Shown: positions 1 to 12,206, counted from the first letter of the whole stretch. The stretch is DNA of 63,658 nt, filler included, from Octopus bimaculoides (GCF_001194135.2; 10 parts of 8 records of this genome joined end to end with filler, not necessarily neighbours in it), one strand, 5' to 3'. The notes: generated by a model not told the origin, from the letters alone. Program-made: numbers and translations.

Positions 1-328
1 TTTTAGGTATTTTTTTAAGATATGGGTTGCTTGTAAGGTGTTCGTTTTTAAACACCGTTTCATAATTGGTGAACCAGGTGTTTTTTTCCTTTCGTTGAAG
101 AGATGTCAATTCTTCATCCTCACAGCTTTTTCTCCAGAGTTTGGTAGTTTCATCAAAGACTGCACCTTCACAGCATTTTGAAATTTCAGTTAGCATTTCG
201 TTGTCAAGGGCCTTGAATTTTTCTTCACTGGAATTGGCTCTTAGCCGTAACAGTTCTATTTCTGTTTTGAATTTTTCGAAAGACAGATTTTCTCTGAGTT
301 TTTGTTGGTTTTCTGGTTCATTTTGGAT
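1..328 (-). mobile_element. Stop-free coding fragment, probably the N-terminal region of a Penelope-like retroelement ORF (IQNEPENQQKLRENLSFEKFKTEIELLRLRANSSEEKF...)
   Basis: Hand translation gives about 109 open codons running off the window edge, with no splice signals. It adjoins a pLTR-like segment (350-560). The family call is from resemblance only. Confidence 0.35.
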
Positions 329-1949
329 GGGTTATATATATATATCTTTCCACCTCCGATCACTTCAGCAATGTAACTACACACGTGCTGTTGGTATTTT
401 TTTCCCCTTCTTTGGAATTTGCTTTCTCCCTCTTCCCTTTCCGACGCTGAGCTATGCTCGAAACATCAGGACCTCTATTTTTACCGAGCGTCAAACCATG
501 TGCACTTCCTCTTCTTGCTTGCTATTTGTTTTCAATGTTCGTTTATACGATTTGACATTATATATATATACATATATATATGCATGCATATAAGAGAACA
601 ATCTTTTCTTAATGGTCAGACCATAGGTGCTCTTCTAGCATAATGGATGTCCACTTAGTGGTTATCCCTCTTATATGTATATGTAGTAAGAAGTTTGCTG
701 CCCAACCACATAGTTCGGGGTTCAGTCCCACTGCGTGGCACCTTGGGCAAGTGTCGTCTACTATAGCTTCGGTCGACCAATGCCTTGTGAGTGGATTAAG
801 TAGATTTTCTTTTAGTTGTTCCTGTCATTAGAATACAGCCATGCTGGCCCCTTCTTGAAGAATTATTAGTCGAATAAATCGACCACAGCATTTATTCTTT
901 TGAAGCCTGGTATTTATACTGTCCGCCTCTTTTGTCGAACCGCTTGGTTACGGGGAAGTAAACACAACAATGTTTGGGTAGTGTTGGTAGGGGACAGACA
1001 CAGGCAAAAAGACACTGTCCCACTCTCTCTCTCTCACACACACACACGCACACACATATAAGTATATACGACGGTCTTCCTTCAGTGTCTATCTACCAAA
1101 CACACCCACAAGGCTTTGGTCGGCTCGAAGATATAGTAGAAAACACGTTCCCAAGGTGGCATGCAGTAGGATTTAACCTAGATTGTGATTTCCATTGGAT
1201 TCCGTCATACTCTCTATCTTCTCAAGAAAATCCACCATCTGGAACAAATAAAATAAACCACACATAAAACAAGTGAGAGAATAGTTTGCTCTACGGTGAG
1301 TAAATTGTCACACTTGAAGCTCTGCGATACTGGTTGATACACTCGGGAAACACATTGAGTTAATCTATTTTACTTTTAAGCCATTTAGTGTATAGTTGCT
1401 TACGTACTGCGCATATCCTTAAACAGATTTCCATGAAATCTATATATTTGTGTATATGTATATAGATATGTACGCATAAATATGTAGTGCGCGTACTTTG
1501 TAATGTGAACTCATGTATTAGACACACTTAACAATATTATCTGCACTGCTTTGACTTGTATGTAAAATTTTGAAAAGGATATATTTTAGTATACCCATAT
1601 CTAATTCGGTAGCCGTAAGCCGTTTCAATACAAATGACATACGATTTATTTGTTCCCGGAACAGTTGTATTTTCTGAGGTCAATTGGTGCAACAAATTAT
1701 GCAGATAACTTGTAAATCCTTCATCACTATTTCAAGAATTACAGAAGAGAAAATCCCTCACCACTTACATCACTATGATGTAATATCCGTTATTTTCCGA
1801 AATGATGATAAATAATGTTTGCCATTGTCAAATATTTTGTTTTTCATTACTCACTTATTTCTAGTTCGCTAGTTAATATTCCCTACATTTTATATCTCGT
1901 GAAGATCATCATGCCAATAATAAACACACACATTCGTTCTCTTTACATC

Positions 1950-2014
<65 letters not shown>

Positions 2015-2094
2015 CATCATCATCATCATCATAATCATCATCATCATCATCATCATCATCATTATTATTATTATTATTATTAACTACTTTTAAT

Positions 2095-3560
2095 TTGCAT
2101 GTTTGTTACAATCACTTGCCGGGACACACCCAGCGTCCCAGGGCGAATGAAGGATAAGAGATGTTATAGTATGATTGAAAGCTTGGGGAGGGGAAGTGGC
2201 AGGGGCAGTAGCTGAATATCTTCGTGTAATACTACATAGACATTTAAATGTATAGGGTTTTTCTGAAGATGTGGGCAGTACTTGTCAACACAATCTTTTA
2301 GATTTCTCTGAGACATGGTTCTCTTGGGATCTTAACTCGATGTTTCTGATATCCCTTTTTTTTATCATACCTAGTGTACCTACAATAACAGGCACAGTTC
2401 TTGCTTTAAGATGCCACAATTTGCATTTCAATTTCCAGGTCCTTATATTTGTCAAATTTCTTTACTGATATATTTTTATCTGTTGGAATACTAACATCTA
2501 TTAGTCTACAAGTATTTTCTTCCCTGTCTTTAATAATTACGTCTGGTCGTTAGCCTGGATCGTTCTAATCGACTTGAAAATCTCAGAGGATAGTGACATT
2601 TTTATCTGCAACCACTGGCTCAGGATGATGTTCATACCAGTAAGCAAGAGTGCTGTTTTGCAGTGCTTACATATTTTCCAATGTAAATACTGTCCTAACC
2701 TATCGTGGCGATTTTTGTATTCGTTTGGTGTCAGCACAGGACATCCCGAGACGAGATGGTTTATTGTTTCGTCAAATGTATCACAAAATCTGCATTTATA
2801 TTCTAAACAGTTTTGAAGAACGTTAGCTTGGTAGTTTTTGGCAAGCAAGCTTTGATCTTGTGTCGCCAATATGAAACCTTCAGTCTCCGCTTTCAGTTCT
2901 GAACTTCTCAACCACTGATGCGTTGTTGCTTGGTCGACATCAGTATTTTGACTTTGAAGTATATACTGTCCCTCCAGAGGATTCTGGCTCCAGCGCTCCT
3001 CAATTTGTTTCTGCCCGTTCTTCTTTGCAGTCTGCTTGATCTATTTTGCTTATTTTATGGCAGTGGTTTCAAGTTCTTCATCTAATTCAGGGTTAATGCC
3101 AAGTTCCCTTGCGAATTTGCAAGCTTCCTTGACGATAGAATGTGATTTTTTGCTGCTTTCGTGTTTGCACACACGCCGCAGCACCCACTCGTCTGTACTA
3201 GATAAGTACTCGTTCATTGCTATTGTGGAGATCTTATACCACAGTTCTATCTGCATCATTCCTCTTCCTCCATTACTTCTAGGTAAGTACAGACGAATAA
3301 CGTCTGTTTTTGGGTGGTGCATGTTCTTAGATGTTGGTAGTGTTCTTGTCTTCCTGTCCAGGCGTTGGAGCTCTGTAAGATTCCAGTTAATGATGTTAAA
3401 ACTATACTGGACCACTGGGAGTGCCAGGGTTTTAATGACTTCGATGCAAGGAGGTATATGTTGACGCCTGGTAACTTCCAACAAAATGCTTGATTCTGAT
3501 TGAACTTTCCAGGCGTCGGCATGTACCACCTTGCGACAATGTAGCATTTCATTTAACCAA
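2095..3560 (-). mobile_element. R4/Dong-type non-LTR retrotransposon, 3' half, degenerate
   Basis: RT C-terminal motifs (HPKTDVIRLYLPRSNGGRG; LKAETEGFILATQDQ) and CCHC knuckle (CRFC..FDETINHLVSGC). The 3' end runs into (TAA)n at 1953-2093. Confidence 0.88.
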
Positions 3561-3694
3561 GATATCCTCGGCCTGAAGCGAAGCCTGCGATATGCACCTC
3601 GCTTGGATATTTACCACTTCTGTGGTTCCGCTAGCTATGAAACATATGTAGCTGGGATCTTATCTACTCCATTCTGTAACTTTTGTATATATAC

Positions 3695-3852
3695 AGGAGT
3701 GGCTGTGTGGTAAGTATCTTGCTCATCAATCACATGGTTCCGGGTTCAGTCCCACTGCGTGGCACCTTGGGCAAGTGTATTCTACTATAGTCTCGGGCCG
3801 ACCAAAGCTTTGTGAGTGGATTTGGTAGACGGAAACTGAAAGAAGCCCGTCG
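3695..3852 (+). mobile_element. tRNA-derived SINE, family A. Further copies at about 685-800 +, 1065-1180 -, 8160-8300 +, 39140-39298 +, 42585-42740 +, 50070-50135 -, 56508-56660 -, 63095-63250 +
   Basis: tRNA-like head (TGGCTGTGTGGTAAG...GGTTCAGTCCC), shared body CACCTTGGGCAAGTG...GGATTTGGTAGACGGAAACTGAAAGAAGCCCGTCG and a (TA)n tail recur across the window. Confidence 0.85.
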
Positions 3853-3860
3853 TATATATG

Positions 3861-3917
<57 letters not shown>

Positions 3918-4288
3918 GTGTGTGTGTGNNNNNNNNNNNNNNNNNNNNNNNNNNNNNNNNNNNNNNNNNNNNNNNNNNNNNNNNNNNNNNNNNNNNNNNN
4001 NNNNNNNNNNNNNNNNNNNNNNNNNNNNNNNNNNNNNNNNNNNNNNNNNNNNNNNNNNNNNNNNNNNNNNNNNNNNNNNNNNNNNNNNNNNNNNNNNNNN
4101 NNNNNNNNNNNNNNNNNNNNNNNNNNNNNNNNNNNNNNNNNNNNNNNNNNNNNNNNNNNNNNNNNNNNNNNNNNNNNNNNNNNNNNNNNNNNNNNNNNNN
4201 NNNNNNNNNNNNNNNNNNNNNNNNNNNNNNNNNNNNNNNNNNNNNNNNNNNNNNNNNNNNNNNNNNNNNNNNNNNNNNNNNNNNNNNN

Positions 4289-4328
<40 letters not shown>

Positions 4329-4738
4329 GCACACACATACATATACATAGGGTGGGTAAAACGTCACGCACAAAATAAGTACAATACACTCTGGATTTGT
4401 TAAAGACATACCTTAACTGTTTTGAATTTTAATAAAATAAAATAAAACTGACGAATATACACGTACTTGTATATGATGAACAAAATGAATAATTATAGTA
4501 ATAATCCTTTCTACTATAGGTACAAAACCCCAGATTATATCGACCCCAATGTGTAACTGCTACCTATTTCATCGACCCTGAAGGGGTGAAAGGCAAGCAC
4601 GACCTCAGTGAAATTTTAACTCAGAACGTAAAGACAGATGAAATACCACTAAGTATTTTGCAATAATTATAATGATAACATAAATAAAATATCAAATGTT
4701 TTGGTCCACCCAGTATATACATATGTACACATACATGC

Positions 4739-4781
<43 letters not shown>

Positions 4782-5444
4782 TACATATGTGCGTGAGTGT
4801 GCGAGTGTGTGTGTGTGTGTGTATGTGTGTGTGTGCGCGTGTGTGTGCTAGCAGCCAAATACGCTGCAAATCAGCCTGTTTTGAAAATACAAGGACACGG
4901 TATTCTCTTAATCCTCTGACTGTTTCAATTCACTTTGTTATACTTCTCACGATTTTTCTCTGACCATTGATGAAATACATCCTGTTTATCACAAATCTGT
5001 GGGAAATTACACTATTATATATTTTACGCAATATCTCAGCGCTTCGGTATAAAATAATATATACAAATCAAAACGAGGAATAGTTCAAACACTTAGTTTT
5101 CAGCTGTATTAAAATGAAAACGGATAAGTCACTGACCTCTCAGATGAATTTTCAAAAGTTTGTGCAATATTTGTAGTCGTGAATCAAATTATATCGTTGA
5201 CAAGACATCAAGTACCTTCCTTATTAATAGTAGGATAGGTGTATACGTGTGTGTGTGTATGTTTGAATAATGATCTGAAGGAGAAAGTTGAAGTCACATT
5301 TAACCCTCATGTGTAACATATTTGTCTCTGCTATCAACATTAAGATCATTCCTCAATATATGTCATTATTTTGGACTTAACAACCCTGGCATTCGTCCAT
5401 CCATTAATCTCCCGCTCCATGCATACATGCATCCATCCGTTCAT

Positions 5445-5600
5445 CCAGGCAGCCAGGCAGCCAGCCAGGCAGCCAGCCAGGCAGCCAGCCAGGCAGCCAG
5501 CCAGGCAGCCAGCCAGGCAGCCAGCCAGGCAGCCAGCCAGGCAGCCAGCCAGGCAGCCAGCCAGGCAGCCAGCCAGGCAGCCAGGCAGCCAGCCAACCAG
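5445..5600 (+). repeat. GC-rich 12-bp minisatellite (CCAGCCAGGCAG)n
   Basis: About 11 direct copies, grading into CCAT/CCAA tetramers at the edges. Confidence 0.95.
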
Positions 5601-6179
5601 CCAGCCAGTTAGCCAACCACCCACTAGACATGCATACATTCATACACACATAAATTTGTGTCTACATGCATGTGTATGTGAATTATGTATTCTTAGATTA
5701 TCGGACCACTTTCAATGTTAATATTTTCTCAGAACATTGCATCAAAAGTATATTACAATCGTTTCGTCTCATCCAGTTCAATTTATGTTGAACGCTCGTT
5801 CAACATGCATACATACATACATACACACATACAAACATACATGCTTCCATCCATGCATACATACAGTCATGCATAAACATATACATACACATACATACAT
5901 ACATACATACACATATACACATATGTATATTTATACGAGTGTACTTGTGTATGTGTGTGTCTGGTGTGTGTAAGTGTGTGTGTGCATGTGTGTGTCTAAT
6001 AACATTCAATGAGATTGGTGGTGTTTTGCTTGTATTATTTGGGAAAAGCAACAAAAATAATACATTGAAATTATTCAGTTTCTATTCTTCTCACATAGTT
6101 GTTTTCAGAATTCTAATCTAATTCATTCAGAACTTTTTAAAAGCATTTCTGTGGTAAATACCTCGTTTTGAAACAAAGA

Positions 6180-6600
6180 AGAACGCATCGTCTGAAGCGC
6201 AGCCAGTTTCTCAGACGTCTTAATGCGGAAGACTTAAAACTGCTGTTTTCCTTTTATTTGATGCCTCTGATCTTTTCCTTGAAAAAGTATCTGTCCGAAA
6301 CATTGGATACTCCACTTACTTTCAAAAGTTATTGGAGTTACTGTGATCCTACTAAAGGACCTAATCAACAACACCTGGCTCCGAATCTGTAACTGGTGTA
6401 AGCTTCCACCAAAAATTGAACGAAAGTCATTATACGCAACAAGAAGCCGATCTTTTCCACCTGATCAAGAAACATAAGCGAGAACCCTAACTCCTAAAGT
6501 CGTCATTAAACCAAATATTCTCCGGCATAGAAGGGTCGTTTTACAATATATGGTGACTCCTATCCAGATTCCTGAGGCCTTTAGTTTACAGTCAGTAAAG
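6180..6600 (-). mobile_element. Highly decayed L1/Tx1-like endonuclease fragment
   Basis: Broken translation GVTIYCK...GGKDRLLVAYNDFRSIF loosely resembles the APE domain of Tx1-type LINEs. Confidence 0.3.
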
Positions 6601-6934
6601 ATTAAAATTAGAATTAAAATTAAGACTAAAATAAAAGTCATCCCCCCAAAAAAAGCCATCTCTACTCATTCTTTCAAATATATATTCTCTCTCTGTTTAT
6701 TCCTGGTGTTCCTTTCTGCTGAAGAGCGTAGGCACGAAACATAAAGTACTTTCTCACCTTCCCGAGCGCCAAACTAATACACCTGCTTGTTGTTTATACA
6801 CCTCTCTTCGTCTTTTGTTTCTCAGTAAATTTCAACTATATACATATATATANNNNNNNNNNNNNNNNNNNNNNNNNNNNNNNNNNNNNNNNNNNNNNNN
6901 NNNNNNNNNNNNNNNNNNNNNNNNNATATATATA

Positions 6935-6967
<33 letters not shown>

Positions 6968-7645
6968 ATATACATGTATATGGATCAGTAGTCTTTTATG
7001 TAATGAGTTGCATCTTCGTAGACATATAGTTCAAAAGTAGAAAAAAAAAAAAGAAATTCACTTTGTTCAGGTCACTGAACTATACACACGGTCACTGATC
7101 TATATTTGGTCAAGGTAGTATATATATACTTTTGTATATATTTTTGCCTATGTTTAATTGTATGTATGTTAGGTTTATGAACTTTGAAGTGAATGTCCAG
7201 AAAGTTACTTAATCATCCTGTACCCTATGTTCTCAATTATGGTGCCAGCCAGTCTGTAATAGAAGGACGGACAGGAAAATGTCTCTTTTCCGTTAGATTT
7301 TTCTTAGACTATTCTCATTCAAACACCACAAGTGAATGGATGGCGCCGTCTTAACTTCCAGCACTTATATACTTATATACTTAGGACCAAGTCTAAGGAT
7401 TATCCATTACATTTCCGCTCCTTCCTAGATAATATAATGTACCGAATGAAATATGGAAATTTACTAGAATGATTTACTATAAATTATTAGTCAACAGCCG
7501 TAGTGCTATATAACAATTTCATTGTTCAATAGCGCTTCTATAAATAGTACTACTTAACTGTAAACTATCATCTGATAAGACATTAAACTTCGAAGAATAT
7601 TTTCTTATATAACATTTTATACCTATGTCCATGTTCCTCTATGTG

Positions 7646-7677
<32 letters not shown>

Positions 7678-7940
7678 CGCTCGCGTGCACAATGGTGAGT
7701 ATGTATGTATGTATGTATGGGCATGTGAGAGTGTGTGAACACGCGCTTAAGCATGCCAACGAGTGCGCTTTTGGAACTGAGACGATGATTAAGGGGCCTC
7801 GTGCGCGCACACACACAAACATACATACACACACACACCTACAAATATACACACATGTGCATGCGCAAACACGCAAACATATACATATATGTATGTTATG
7901 TATGTATATATATATATATATATATACACGCACACACGCG

Positions 7941-7988
<48 letters not shown>

Positions 7989-8306
7989 NNNNNNNNNNNN
8001 NNNNNNNNNNNNNNNNNNNNNNNNNNNNNNNNTTAATTAATTAANNNNNNNNNNNNNNNNNNNNNNNNNNNNNNNNNNNNNNNNNNNNAACAACATCCCC
8101 AACATTAATAACCTCACCACTTTCTCCACCATCACCACCAGTATATTGTCCCTGCTAACGTGTGGAAAGAAGTTCGCTTCCCAACCACATGGTTCTGGGT
8201 TCAGTCCCACTGTGTGGCACCATGGGCAAATATCTTCTACTATAGCCTTGGGCTGACCAAACCCTTGTGAGTGGGTTTGGTAGATGGAAACTGAAAGAAG
8301 CACTTC

Positions 8307-8349
<43 letters not shown>

Positions 8350-8406
8350 AACAAGAGAGGAGTGCTCAGTACATATTGTGAAGGATATGGTTATTTTGTC
8401 TATTAG

Positions 8407-8479
8407 GAGTTTCATGTCACAGTGATCTTCAGGCGACATTGGGATGTTCTCACCTGAAGATTGCAGTGACATGAAACTC
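8407..8479. repeat. Inverted repeat: GAGTTTCATGTCAC(4 nt)ATCTTCAGG / CCTGAAGAT(4 nt)GTGACATGAAACTC
   Basis: Perfect 14-bp and 9-bp complementary segments separated by a 4-nt mismatch block, with a 19-nt loop. Confidence 0.85.
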
Positions 8480-8559
8480 AAGTCAGAAGTGTTTCTTTGT
8501 ATATATATATATATATATACACACACATATATATAATTTATGCATATATATGCCAACAC

Positions 8560-9166
8560 AGGAAAAGGTAATTAAAATTCATTAAAATGACAGATCTATG
8601 GGACTTTCTAAGCGGTCAAGTTGTTGGTGCTCATATGGCAGGCACTAGCATAACAAAAACAGCCGAAATGTTTGGTGTATCAAGAAGTACAGTCTCGAAA
8701 GTAATGACAGTGTTTGAGGAAGAGGGAAAAACCTCTTTGTCGAAACAAAATTCCAGAAGAAAACCAAAACTTTCAGATAGGGACCGTCCGACTCTTACAC
8801 GAATTGTTAGAAAGGATCACAAAAGTACAGCTCCCAAATTTACTGCAGAGCTTAATGACCACCTCAAGAACCCAGTTTCCACAAAAACTGTTCGCTGGGA
8901 GCTGCACAAAGCTGGATTTCACTGGAGGGCTGCAATCAAAAAACCACTACTTCCAAAAAAACATTGCAAAGCATTTAGAGTGGAGTAAAAACCTACAGAA
9001 TTGGTTCCTAGAGCAGTGGAAGAATGTTATTTTCTCAGACAAGTCATCCTTTACCTTATTTCCCACCACCGGCCGAGTATATGTGTGGAGGCAGCCAAAA
9101 AAAGCATTTGACCTAAACTACCTTCTTCCAACTGTTAAACATAGAGGAGGATCTGTGATGATCTGG
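8560..9166 (+). mobile_element. Tc1 transposon fragment with frameshifted transposase
   Basis: HTH region (SITKTAEMFGVSRSTVSKV), AAIKKPLL, WKNVIFSDKSSF (first D) and TVKHRGGSVMIW. Confidence 0.9.
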
Positions 9167-9444
9167 NNNNNNNNNNTATTATTATTATTATTATTATTAT
9201 CATTATTATTACTATTATTATTATTGTTAATAATAGTAATAACAATAATAATAATAGTACCACCAATACCACCATGACTACTACTACTACTACTAACACT
9301 TCGGCAACATCAGTAACATCGTTAGTAAAGAATGATATGACAAGAACAATAACAACAAGAACAATAACAACAAAAACAAGGACAACAGCAACAACAACAA
9401 CTTCCCTGCAGCACGATGCCAAATGGAATTTTCTAGACAGGTTT

Positions 9445-9460
9445 AGTTACCATGGTAACT
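9445..9460. promoter_or_regulatory. Perfect X-box-like (RFX) palindrome AGTTACCATGGTAACT
   Basis: 16-bp perfect palindrome matching GTNRCC-AT-GGNAAC. Function is not demonstrated. Confidence 0.35.
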
Positions 9461-10086
9461 GCACCTTTTCAAATATCCAGTGTCGTTCTTTTGGAACACC
9501 TTCTGCTGTCTCACCTCACCTCACCTCCCCATCCCATCTCCTCCCTCCCTCNNNNNNNNNNNNNNNNNNNNNNNNNNNNNNNNNNNNNNNNNNNNTTAAT
9601 TAATTAANNNNNNNNNNNNNNNNNNNNNNNNNNNNNNNNNNNNNNNNNNNNGTATCACGCTATATTTCATGTTGAGAACAATTTAGGTCTTATTAGACAC
9701 AAGATGTGATCTATTTCTAGAACATTGAATGTCCACGTTAGTGGTCAACGTCATATATAAAAATGTACTTTAATCCCCTGAGATCGCAGATATTGTTTCT
9801 GAATCTCTTTGATTCTTTAAATGTGCCAGCTTCCTGGTAATTAATCGATATTAATTAATATATGATTTTTTACCCTATTTTTTAATAATATAAAGATAGA
9901 TAGATAGATAGATAGAGAGATAGATAGATAGATAGATAGATAGATGAAATAGGAATAAAATTTTAGAATTTAGTGTTTGTGTACGGCTTGGTGCCAAATG
10001 ATTCTTGGCCTGGTGTTTGAGGACCTTTTTTCAACCGGTAAAATTTTGATGGAATATTCTTCAAAATATATAACGTGAATACTAAC

Positions 10087-10235
10087 ATGCTAAAAGGATT
10101 ATAGGCTGAAACAAACTAAATGTCAATATGTCTTTAGCCTTTTTAACCAATAGATTATCGGAGTCTTTCTGTGAGTTCACCATTATTCCGAATCCAGTTG
10201 CTGCTATGACATCTATGGCATAAGCTGAGAACAAC
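10087..10235 (-). CDS. CYP3A-like exon 7: LFSAYAIDVIAATGFGIMVNSQKDSDNLLVKKAKDILTFSLFQPIILLA
   Basis: ttctag acceptor, GTTAGT donor, 149 bp. Helix E motif AY..DVI..T.FG..V.S. Exon 1 and the exons after 7 (heme motif) were not found. Confidence 0.92.
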
Positions 10236-10344
10236 CTAGAATACATCAAGTAAAAAGTACATACATGTACATTAATTTTCTTTTCCATAAAAATACTTCA
10301 GTCATAGTTTTAAAATTAGTTAATTCATTTGATATATATTTTCA

Positions 10345-10560
10345 CCTGTTACTTGTTTCAGTCATTAGACTGCGGCCATACTGGAGCACTGCGTTGAAGA
10401 ATTTTTAGGTAAATGAATTGCCCCAAGGACTTTATTTTTTGTTTTTAAGCTTCGTATTTATCCTATCGGTTTCTTCTGCTGGACTGCTAAGTTACAGAGC
10501 TGTAAACACACCAACGCCCGTTTCCAAGCAGTGGAGAGGGAACAAACACAGCCACGAAGG
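10345..10560 (+). mobile_element. Dispersed SINE-like repeat family C. Further copies at about 810-1010, 45795-45910, 49735-49910
   Basis: Shared TTACTTGTTTCAGTCATTAGACTGCGGCCATGCTGG...AAGTTACGGGGACGTAAACACACC in several copies. Confidence 0.7.
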
Positions 10561-10624
10561 AGCACACAGATATAAAAATATACATGAATGTGTGTGTGTG
10601 TGCGTTTAGGTATATATGACGGAC

Positions 10625-11290
10625 TTCTATCAGATACTATAATACAAATCCTCTTTGTCAGGTTGTAAAGGATATTCATTCCACTATGTCTGGGGTGACA
10701 AGACTTGAATGTCAGATTCCTTGGAATCCGTGGGCTTATAGTAGATGTCAGTTTCTATTTTGTTGTTAGATTTCTTAATGAGGATGTCGAAGCATGGAAG
10801 TTGTTGGTGGCTGTGTTCCAACGTAAATTGAATGTTTATATCAAGTCCATTCAGAAGTGTTTGAAATTCTTTAAGTCTCTCTTTCCTTTCGTGCCAAAGA
10901 ATGAAACAGTCTTCTAGATATCATTTCCAGTTATTTTCTATGTACAGGGACAATGGGTTTCCGTATTCCTCTAGTACCGTACGATACAGATTGATTTCTA
11001 GGTACCCATGACTAGGTTAGCAAAGGAAGGGGCCATTTGCGTGGTCTTCGCAGTCCCGATTATTGTCGATAGAATTTCTCATTAATTACGAAGAAGTTAT
11101 TCTCTAAGTTGAATTTTAGCCCTTCTATTACGAATTACTTTTTGATGCATGCGATGTGCGAGTTCATTGGAGTAATTCTCTAGCTAGAATTGCGTTGCCT
11201 CTATTCCTAGGCTGTGAGGGATATTGGAATAGAGATGGCTACATGGAAAGATACTGGTAGGGTGTTTTTATTAATTGTTTCAGGGAGGTG
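10625..11290 (-). mobile_element. Penelope-like retroelement reverse transcriptase fragment in CYP intron 6
   Basis: Hand translation shows SLYSNIPHSLG, MAPSFANLVMGYLE, WK*YLEDCFILW, IETDIYYKPTD and SCHP, all PLE RT motifs. Confidence 0.88.
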
Positions 11291-11750
11291 ATTGAGCATA
11301 TATAGATCGTTCCTTATGTAGCTTTTGATATGCTTGAGGAATGGTATATATATATATATATATATATATCATATGTATGTATCGATGGATGGACAGATGG
11401 ATGGATGGATGGATACATATATGCATGCATGCATGTAGATGTGCATTTATGAATATGTATATATGTGTGTGTGTATGTATGTATCTATGTATATGTGTGT
11501 CTTTGTGTTTGTATTGTGTTTGTCTCCAAACACCACTTGGCAACTCATACTGTCACCATAACTTAGCGGTTCAGCAAAAGTCCCCAGTAGAATAAGTACC
11601 AGACTTTAAAATAATGTAAGAACCGAGGCCCGTTTGTTCAACTAAAGCCCTGCAAGGAGATGCCCCACCATGGCCGCACTCCAATGACTAGAACAAGTTA
11701 AAGATAAAAGATAAATGATTAACAAAGAATCCTGTAATAGTTTTACATAC

Positions 11751-11839
11751 TTTTTAACGTCGGTCACTTCTCCATTCTCTGCCAACTTATCAATATTTTC
11801 CACCAAATTATCAGCACATGTCTGAATCATTGCGTTCAT
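11751..11839 (-). CDS. CYP3A-like exon 6: MNAMIQTCADNLVENIDKLAENGEVTDVK
   Basis: ttgcag acceptor, GTATGT donor, 89 bp, in frame with exons 5 and 7. Confidence 0.9.
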
Positions 11840-12160
11840 CTGCAACAGACATGGAATGGTAGTTCAAGAAACAGGCTATTCAAGATATTCTGGTAATAAT
11901 TTTGGAATCAATCAATCAATAAACTCTGACCTCTGACTCAACGTCATCCAGTTTCTTTATTCAAAGTTACTTATATACTTTGATATCATTTTCCCACAAA
12001 AGATTAAGTGGTTACAGAAACATTGAAGGTTCTCAAATAAAATCTCTCTCTATCTACCTATCTATTTATTTATCTTTCTCTTTCTATCTATTAATCTCTT
12101 TCTCTCTCTCTATCTTTCTATCTATCTGTCTCTACATATGTATATATGCATGTCTGTCTG

Positions 12161-12206
<46 letters not shown>

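Noticed and set aside
1178-1238. Possible CYP exon 9 (MVDFLEKIESMTESNGNHNL) after a good acceptor
   Set aside because: Only VDFL resembles the CYP3 DFLQLM motif, the donor (GTTAAA) is weak and supplied by a SINE edge, and no exon 8 was found to link it.
2110-2160. GGCGAATG after a hairpin, resembling HDV ribozyme J4/2
   Set aside because: No P1/P2/P3 pseudoknot could be built, and it is antisense to the 3' UTR of the R4 element.
8033-8044. TTAATTAATTAA inside N runs (also near 9596, 22745, 28515, 32177, 42827, 58773, 60269, 62065)
   Set aside because: An identical all-frame-stop spacer centred in fixed-length N blocks is a scaffolding artefact, not biology. True gap sizes are unknown.
9167-9410. 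Thr-rich ORF 9274-9603 and similar ORFs at 52054-52578
   Set aside because: Degenerate trinucleotide microsatellite with no splice signals.
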